This document shows positions 58,089-64,000 of a stretch of 64,000 nucleotides of DNA, in pieces (position 1 is the stretch's first letter; each line of letters starts with the position of its first letter). The notes under the pieces were generated by a model that saw only the letters and a list, made by a program, of their open reading frames with translations, did not search any database and was not told where the DNA came from. The translations under genes were made by a program, and so were the position numbers. This DNA comes from Bacteroidales bacterium UBA4179 (GTDB lineage: Bacteria; Bacteroidota; Bacteroidia; Bacteroidales; Dysgonomonadaceae): contig DFUT01000009.1 in the NCBI GenBank assembly GCA_002381125.1, positions 25,407 through 89,406 on the forward strand, in the 5' to 3' direction.

Positions 58089-59393
58089 TTAAGAGACATT
58101 GAATAAGGTTTTTTTAAACAAATTGAAATCGGTTGAAAGAAGGTGAGATTGTTTTTTGCGACGCATAAAGGCTGATAGTCTTTGGGGGATTTCGATAGTC
58201 GATCCTATGCATTCTTCTACGGTTTCTTTAAATTTTGCAGGGTGCGCAGTGGCAAGGAAAACGCCTGTTTCGTCGGGTTTTTTCTCGTCTTTCAACGCCT
58301 GATATGCGCATGCTCCGTGCGGGTCAAGCAAATAACCTGTTTTTTCGTAAACGGTTCGTATGGTATTTTTGATTTCCACATCGGAATAGGTATTTCCCGA
58401 AATATCTTGTTTTATGGCTTCGTGAGATTGACCATATAGGTCGAGAATACGTTCAAAATTGCTAGGAGCACCAACATCCATAGCATTGGCGATGGTTTGA
58501 ATCGAAGCTCTTGGTTCGTAATTGCCGGTATCGAGGTATTGAAAAAACACATCGTTGCGATTGTTGGCGGCAATGAATCGTTTGACGGGCAATCCCATTC
58601 GTTTTGCAAATAAACCGGCTGCCAAATTTCCCAAATTTCCACTGGGTACGGATACGACCACATTATCTACCGGCTGTTGTTTGGCCAATTGGGCATATGC
58701 GTAAAAATAGTAAATGGATTGAGGAAGAAAGCGGGCAATATTAATGGAATTGGCCGAGGTCAGGTACATTTTTCTGTTGAGCTCTTCATCCATGAAAGCC
58801 GATTTCACCAGTGCCTGACAATCGTCGAACGTGCCATCGATTTCCAATGCAACAACATTCTGTCCAAGCGTTGTAAATTGAGCTTCTTGAATCTCGCTTA
58901 CTTTGCCCGATGGATATAAAACAAACACCTGAATGCCCTCTACGCCTAAAAAGCCGTTGGCAACCGCACTCCCTGTGTCTCCCGATGTTGCAACCAATAC
59001 TTTCATATTTTCGAGGCGTTGTTCTTGTACGAAATAGGACAACATGCGAGACATGAAACGCGCCCCGACGTCTTTAAAAGCAAAGGTGGGTCCATGAAAG
59101 AGTTCCAATACATAAACACCCTCTTCCAATTTCTTGAGCGGGATGTCGAAATTTAGCGCCTCAATTGCGATCGTATTCAATTGTTCTTTATCGATATCTT
59201 CGCCGAAAAATTTTTCGGCAACTACTTTCGCAATATCCGTTAAGCTCAGATTTCCTATTTCATTGAAAAAATCGGCAGGCAATCGATTTATTTTTTCGGG
59301 CATATATAATCCTCTATCGGGCGCAAGTCCTTTTATAACGGCTTCTTGCAGCGTAGCCTTCGGGGCAATATGTCTTGTACTGTAGTATTTCAT
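58089..59393 (-). CDS. thrC: Threonine synthase
   Basis: MKYYSTR N-terminus, PLP-lysine block TFAFKDVGARF, SGDTGSA, SANSIN. Confidence 0.93.
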   Translation of the reverse strand: MKYYSTRHIAPKATLQEAVIKGLAPDRGLYMPEKINRLPADFFNEIGNLSLTDIAKVVAEKFFGEDIDKEQLNTIAIEALNFDIPLKKLEEGVYVLELFHGPTFAFKDVGARFMSRMLSYFVQEQRLENMKVLVATSGDTGSAVANGFLGVEGIQVFVLYPSGKVSEIQEAQFTTLGQNVVALEIDGTFDDCQALVKSAFMDEELNRKMYLTSANSINIARFLPQSIYYFYAYAQLAKQQPVDNVVVSVPSGNLGNLAAGLFAKRMGLPVKRFIAANNRNDVFFQYLDTGNYEPRASIQTIANAMDVGAPSNFERILDLYGQSHEAIKQDISGNTYSDVEIKNTIRTVYEKTGYLLDPHGACAYQALKDEKKPDETGVFLATAHPAKFKETVEECIGSTIEIPQRLSAFMRRKKQSHLLSTDFNLFKKTLFNVS

Positions 59394-60616
59394 TTTATTG
59401 TTGTTTCTGAAAATAATGTTTTTATAAATTCGTCGCCATGCAATAATCCATAGCTTCCCTTTTGTGCCGCAAATTCGTCATACGTCACAACGTCGTCCGG
59501 TTTTATATAGCGGTGATAAATCAAAAAGGGAACAGCTCCTCGGGTATGTGTGCGTATAGCGCACGGTGTTGGATGATCAGGCAAAACGGCAATGGTCACC
59601 GGCTCATTCATTTTCTCGATTGCTTCATAAATGGGTTTTACGATTCGTGAATCGAGGTTTTCGATGGTTTTTATTTTTAACGGCACATTGCCTTCGTGTC
59701 CTGCTTCGTCGCTCGCTTCAACGTGAAGATAGATAAAATCTTTTTCATTCAACGCTTTTATTGCGGCTTGCGCCTTACCTTCGTAATTGGTATTATACAA
59801 TCCTGTTGCTCCTGCCACCACTACAACTTCCAGTCCGGCGTAGACGCCGATTCCGCGAATCAAATCTACGGCTGAGATTACCGTTCCGTTTTTTATCGCG
59901 AACCTATCTTTCAACGGTTTCATTGCCGGTCTGTATCCCGGCGACCACGGCCAAATGCTGTTGGCCGGATCTTTCCCTTCGGCTTTGCGTTTGCGGTTGA
60001 TGGGGTGGTCTGCCAAAAGTTCTTGCGAAGCAAGGATGAGATCGTTGAGTCGATCCGCTGTTGCTTTTGAATGTTCATCCATCGGTTTTATCAACGAAGA
60101 ATGGAATGGCTTTTCAGGAATATCGTGTGGAGGCGTACAAATGATGTTCTTGTTCCCTCCTTTCATCTTCAGTAAATGTCGATAAGATACGCCGGGATAA
60201 AAGCTGATGGTTTCGTCTCCCAGTTTTTCATTAAGAAAATCGATGAGTTCCTTTGCTTCGTTGGTTGAAATGTGCCCTGCCGAATGGTTTTTCAATAGTT
60301 CCCCTTCTATGCATACCAGATTACAACGCATGGCCATCTCGCCGGGTAGAATGTCGACCCCCATACTGGCTGCTTCCAAGACGCCGCGTCCTTCATATAC
60401 TTCGGGAATATCATATCCCAGCACCGATAAATTTGCAATTTCGCTTCCCGGAGGGAATCCTTCGGGAATCGTATCCAGCAATCCATTGCGGCCTTTGGCG
60501 GCCAGCAAATCCATATAAGGTGTACGAGCAACTTGCAATGGCGTTTTATTCCCCAGTTGTTCAATGGGTTCATCTGCCATTCCGTCGCCAAGTATGATGA
60601 TATATTTCATAGACAA
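59390..60616 (-). CDS. Cofactor-independent phosphoglycerate mutase-like protein (ApgM family), likely the homoserine-kinase analogue of the thr operon
   Basis: MKYIIILGDGMAD...TPLQVARTPYMD N-terminus and metal-binding alkaline-phosphatase-superfamily blocks typical of archaeal-type iPGM. 4-nt overlap with thrC, 6-nt gap after thrA. Confidence 0.85.
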   Translation of the reverse strand: MSMKYIIILGDGMADEPIEQLGNKTPLQVARTPYMDLLAAKGRNGLLDTIPEGFPPGSEIANLSVLGYDIPEVYEGRGVLEAASMGVDILPGEMAMRCNLVCIEGELLKNHSAGHISTNEAKELIDFLNEKLGDETISFYPGVSYRHLLKMKGGNKNIICTPPHDIPEKPFHSSLIKPMDEHSKATADRLNDLILASQELLADHPINRKRKAEGKDPANSIWPWSPGYRPAMKPLKDRFAIKNGTVISAVDLIRGIGVYAGLEVVVVAGATGLYNTNYEGKAQAAIKALNEKDFIYLHVEASDEAGHEGNVPLKIKTIENLDSRIVKPIYEAIEKMNEPVTIAVLPDHPTPCAIRTHTRGAVPFLIYHRYIKPDDVVTYDEFAAQKGSYGLLHGDEFIKTLFSETTIK

Positions 60617-60622
60617 AACCGG

Positions 60623-63067
60623 TTATCTGATATTTGCAATGGAAATGATGTCGGAAAAAACACCTGCTGCCGTAACGTTGGCGCCTGCTCCATAACCCTT
60701 TATCACCATTGGATATTCGTTATAACGCTCTGTGGTAATCATGATGATATTGTTGCTACCCTCCAAATCGTAAAAGGGATGTCCTTGTTCCACTTCGCGC
60801 AGACCCACTTCACATTGTCCATTTTCGTAAATAGCAACAAAACGAAGTTTTTTGCCTTCTTTTTCAAGTTTCTTTCGTCGAATTTCAAATGCTTCATCCA
60901 TTTCGGATATTGTTTCCCAGAATTCATCTAGGGTTCCTTCAAAATATTTTTGAGGGATAAATAATTCCTTTTTCACATCGCTTTGTTCCACTTCGGCACC
61001 CGCTTCGCGTGAGAGGATTACCAATTTGCGAATTACATCGAGCCCACTCAAATCTATTCGCGGATCGGGTTCGGCATAGTGTGCGTCCACTGCCATACGG
61101 ACGGCCTTACTGAAAGGAATATCTTTGCTCAGTGTGTTGAAGATGAAATTCAATGTGCCCGAAAGCACGGCTTCCAGTTTTATAATTTTGTCGCCCGAAT
61201 TGATAAGCGAATTCATTGTGTTGATGATGGGTAGTCCGGCGCCGACATTGGTTTCGAAAAGAAACTTCACGCCTGCTTTCCGTGCAGTTTTTTTCAGACG
61301 TCGATACGTTTCGTATGATGATGAGGTGGCTATTTTGTTTGCTGTGACTACCGAAATATTTCTCGACATCAATTCTTCATATAGATCCGAAATCTCTTTG
61401 CTGGCAGTACAGTCCACAAAAACGGCATTAAAGATATTCATTTTCAGTATTTCGTTTCGGATGATGGCCGGTGAACTTTTTATACCTTTTGTTTCCAGTT
61501 CCTCTTGGTAATTTTCGAGCGATATTCCTTCTCTGGTGAACAAGGCTTTGCGACTATTGGCTATACCTACGATATTGATTCGTAATTTGTTTTGCTCTTC
61601 CAGAGTATGCTTTTGTTGTTGTATTTGGGAAAGCAGTTTATTTCCCACCGTACCGGTTCCGACGACAAACAGATTCAGTTCCTGATAAGGGGAGAGAAAG
61701 AACGAGTCGTGTATTACATTCAATGCTTTTCTTAGGTCATTCTTTGAAATTACGCATGAAATATTGGTTTCCGATGCACCTTGTGCCAAGGCTACTACGC
61801 TGATACCGCTTCGTCCCAATGTTCCGAAAAATTTCCCTGCTATTCCGGGTACATGTTTCATGTTTTGCCCTACTATGGCTATAGTTGAGAGATTGTATTC
61901 AACGGTAATTTCATTGATGCTTCCCATTGCAATTTCTTGGGCAAATTCTTTGTTCAGTACTTTTTGGGCAAGAGCGGCGTCTTGGGTGCGGACACCGATC
62001 GAGGTACTGGTTTCCGATGATGCCTGCGAAACAAGAAAAACGCTTATGCCACTATTGGCAAGTGCCGAAAAAATACGTTTGTTTACACCGATCACACCCA
62101 CCATTCCCAATCCTTGTATCGTAATCAGTGCCGTATCTTCGATAGACGAAATGCCTTTGATGATTTTTCCGTTGCTTTGTGGCTTTATATTGCATATGAG
62201 CGTTCCTCCCGAGTGGGGATTGAATGTATTTTTTATGCGGATTGGGATATTTTTGTGGTAAACGGGGAAAATCGTAGGGGGGTAAATCACTTTTGCTCCA
62301 AAATTCGATAATTCAATAGCTTCGATGAACGAGAGTTCATCAATCACATATGCCGAGTTGATTATTTTGGGATCGGCAGTCATAAAACCATCGACGTCGG
62401 TCCATATCTCAAGAACAGAAGCATTCATGGCTGCGGCTATGAGCGCTGCCGTATAATCCGATCCGCCACGCCCAAGATTGGTAATGTCGCTTTCTTCGCT
62501 ACTCGATGAAATAAAGCCGGGCACCAACATTACCTTTGGAAGGGGAGATTCGGAAAAAGTTTTCTTAATGAGTTCGAAACAAAGGGGAATGTTGGGAATA
62601 TGGCTGTTGAATTGGATGGATGTTTTGATAAACTGTGTTGGGTCGTAAAGTTTTGCTCCATCGATTATTTTGCTGACGATAAGCGAAGATAATCGTTCGC
62701 CGTAACTTACGATTTTATCGGAAGTTTTTTGCGACAAATCGCCGATGAGGAATACGCCACGTAAAATGTTTCGCAAATCATCGTATAGGATCTGTATTTT
62801 TTGTTTTATTTCTTCTTTTTCTTGGCGTGAGGCAATCGTTTTTTCGATTATATTTTCGTGCATGAGGATGACTTCTTCCAGAATGGTTTTATAACCTGCA
62901 TTCGATTTGACTGCAAAATCGGCTGCAAGCAGCAGCCTGTCGGTAACTCCGGCAAGTGCCGACACAACAACGATTACGGGTTCTTTTTCCGATTCGATAA
63001 TGTCTTTTACTATCTTTAAACCTTCGGGGGTTCCTATGGAAGTCCCGCCAAATTTCATAACTTTCAT
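60623..63067 (-). CDS. thrA: Bifunctional aspartokinase / homoserine dehydrogenase
   Basis: MKVMKFGGTSIG aspartokinase N-terminus, two ACT domains, NAD-binding GTGTVG and homoserine dehydrogenase C-terminus; 814 aa. Confidence 0.95.
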   Translation of the reverse strand: MKVMKFGGTSIGTPEGLKIVKDIIESEKEPVIVVVSALAGVTDRLLLAADFAVKSNAGYKTILEEVILMHENIIEKTIASRQEKEEIKQKIQILYDDLRNILRGVFLIGDLSQKTSDKIVSYGERLSSLIVSKIIDGAKLYDPTQFIKTSIQFNSHIPNIPLCFELIKKTFSESPLPKVMLVPGFISSSSEESDITNLGRGGSDYTAALIAAAMNASVLEIWTDVDGFMTADPKIINSAYVIDELSFIEAIELSNFGAKVIYPPTIFPVYHKNIPIRIKNTFNPHSGGTLICNIKPQSNGKIIKGISSIEDTALITIQGLGMVGVIGVNKRIFSALANSGISVFLVSQASSETSTSIGVRTQDAALAQKVLNKEFAQEIAMGSINEITVEYNLSTIAIVGQNMKHVPGIAGKFFGTLGRSGISVVALAQGASETNISCVISKNDLRKALNVIHDSFFLSPYQELNLFVVGTGTVGNKLLSQIQQQKHTLEEQNKLRINIVGIANSRKALFTREGISLENYQEELETKGIKSSPAIIRNEILKMNIFNAVFVDCTASKEISDLYEELMSRNISVVTANKIATSSSYETYRRLKKTARKAGVKFLFETNVGAGLPIINTMNSLINSGDKIIKLEAVLSGTLNFIFNTLSKDIPFSKAVRMAVDAHYAEPDPRIDLSGLDVIRKLVILSREAGAEVEQSDVKKELFIPQKYFEGTLDEFWETISEMDEAFEIRRKKLEKEGKKLRFVAIYENGQCEVGLREVEQGHPFYDLEGSNNIIMITTERYNEYPMVIKGYGAGANVTAAGVFSDIISIANIR

Positions 63068-63186
63068 ATTATGAACAATTAATCCGTTTTTGGTTTTAAC
63101 GGCGATTAAATATTAAAAAAGGATGTTTTAGAAAGCAAGAACCGAATGGTTCGTGGAAACAAGGAAATTGTTTGTGGAATAAGATA

Positions 63187-63258
63187 TCAGATAACCCCCC
63201 AAGGGGTCATTGTCGTTGAGGAAAAGGTTTGAACGTATGTTGAATATAAGTTATTCAT
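63187..63258 (-). CDS. Candidate thr-operon leader peptide (23 codons, speculative)
   Basis: Untracked small ORF in the thrA leader: ATG AAT AAC TTA TAT TCA ACA TAC GTT CAA ACC TTT TCC TCA ACG ACA ATG ACC CCT TGG GGG GTT ATC TGA = MNNLYSTYVQTFSSTTMTPWGVI*. 5 of 23 codons are Thr, clustered near the 3' end. Confidence 0.3.
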   Translation of the reverse strand: MNNLYSTYVQTFSSTTMTPWGVI

Positions 63259-63279
63259 TGTAAACGTATAAATTTATTG

Positions 63280-63287
63280 CAAAGATA
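63280..63287 (-). promoter_or_regulatory. -7 promoter box for the thr operon
   Basis: Reverse complement TATCTTTG, ~213 nt upstream of the thrA ATG and 22 nt upstream of the leader-ORF ATG. Confidence 0.45.
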
Positions 63288-63380
63288 GGTTTTTATCGGA
63301 TAATAAGAAATTAAAAGTGAAAAAAATCGATATAATTTGCGAATATGTTTTTGTTCAAGAAAAAAGGCTTGTATTTAAAA

Positions 63381-63413
63381 CTAAAAAACCGTCTCACTGT
63401 CGAAACGGTTTTT
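63381..63413 (-). terminator. Intrinsic terminator after tsf
   Basis: Minus strand AAAAACCGU..(12-nt loop)..ACGGUUUUU followed by further U residues, 24 nt after the tsf stop. Confidence 0.7.
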
Positions 63414-63436
63414 AGTTTTATATATCGAAAAAAGAA

Positions 63437-64000
63437 TCAATCGCTCAATGAAACACGCTTAAAATCAACAACCTCCAAATCTTTGTCGTATTGTTTTAGA
63501 AATTCGCCGACGGTTAATTTGTTGTCTTTTATATATTCCTGTTGCAACAAAGTAACTTCTTTGTAGAATTTCTTTAAAGCGCCCTCGGCTATTCTATCCA
63601 ACAGATTTTCGGGTTTTCCTGCTTCCCGAGCTTTTTCCCGTGCAATTTCCAATTCTTTTTCCTTTATTTCAGCCGGTATGCCTTCGGGAGTTATGGATAT
63701 GGGATTCATTGCCGCAATTTGCATGGCTATGTCTTTTGCAACTTGCTCATCCACATCGGGTTTATTAAACCCAACGATAGCGGCCAATTTGTTTCCCATA
63801 TGCACATAGGCCGTAACGTAAGGTGCGGAAATGTATTCGTAGTATCCCAATTGGATTTTTTCACCTGTGGCTCCGATTTTATCGGTAATGAGATCCGAAA
63901 TTGTTCCTTTTGGGAGCTGAATGGCGAGCAGCTCATCCAATGTTTTGGGTTTATGTTTTATCGCTGCATCCAGGATTTGTTGCGTGAGGGCAACAAACTC
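63437..64000 (-). CDS. tsf: Elongation factor Ts, C-terminal ~187 aa (5' end outside window)
   Basis: The frame is open to the window end; the track start 63940 is an internal TTG. EF-Ts dimerisation and C-terminal blocks: YVHMGNKLAAIV, IAMQIAAMNP, LLQQEYIKD. Confidence 0.9.
   Translation of the reverse strand, partial: EFVALTQQILDAAIKHKPKTLDELLAIQLPKGTISDLITDKIGATGEKIQLGYYEYISAPYVTAYVHMGNKLAAIVGFNKPDVDEQVAKDIAMQIAAMNPISITPEGIPAEIKEKELEIAREKAREAGKPENLLDRIAEGALKKFYKEVTLLQQEYIKDNKLTVGEFLKQYDKDLEVVDFKRVSLSD

Noticed and set aside
1-64000. Searched by eye for mobile elements, CRISPR arrays, restriction/defence genes, toxin-antitoxin pairs, phage genes, rRNA, tmRNA, RNase P RNA and SRP RNA.
   Set aside because: I saw no transposase, integrase or recombinase-like ORF, no regularly spaced direct repeats, and no conserved RNA signature strings (for example GAGGAAAGTCC for RNase P, or a tmRNA tRNA-like end). 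Every ORF over 100 aa is accounted for by a housekeeping or envelope family. Absence is based on manual reading, not on covariance-model searches.

Overview
The window is a housekeeping-dense chromosomal segment that reads as Bacteroidota, probably Bacteroidales-like. Three things support that. (a) The Bacteroidetes -7 promoter box TAnnTTTG sits 10-80 nt upstream, in the correct orientation, of about 24 transcription units. A 6-specified-position motif is expected only about once per 4096 nt per strand by chance. (b) No Shine-Dalgarno-like spacing is evident. (c) The gene arrangements fit the phylum as I recall them: ileS-dksA-like-lspA-DUF4296; a receiver-less sigma-54 activator with lptE and secG; thrA-(apgM-like)-thrC; folP-cdaA.

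I call 53 protein-coding genes (xseA and tsf are cut by the window edges), one speculative 23-codon leader ORF, 5 tRNAs (Pro-CGG, Gly-CCC, Ser-CGA, Ser-GCT, Cys-GCA), about 11 intrinsic terminators and 24 promoter boxes. Functions are:
- DNA replication and repair: dnaA, recF, DUF721/DciA-like, rarA, radA, rnhB, mutL, xseAB.
- Translation: ileS, rpsO, tsf, obg, rsfS.
- Envelope and LPS: OstA-like, SurA-like, lptD-like, lptE-like, mlaD-like, lspA, mltG, amidase, glmM.
- Central metabolism: ppdK, rpe, adk, nadB, folP, ribF, ispD, the thr operon.

I found no rRNA, CRISPR, transposase or integrase, phage or defence-island content, and no multi-gene block of unknown function. I therefore do not see a convincing novel multi-gene system here. 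The unexplained signals are small and mostly regulatory:
1. A Thr-rich 23-codon upstream ORF with hairpins in the ~205-nt thrA leader, a candidate attenuator.
2. An orphan promoter-plus-terminator unit, a candidate ~85-90 nt sRNA, in the largest non-coding gap (rpsO-rarA, 484 bp). It is flanked by TATAGGG(G) repeats in alternating orientation and an A/U-rich alternative-pairing hairpin.
3. MutL with deviant endonuclease motifs.
4. A DksA-like protein that keeps only one of the four zinc-finger cysteines.
5. A receiver-less sigma-54 activator embedded in an lptE/secG envelope cluster.

All product calls rest on reading the supplied translations by eye. No database search was run.
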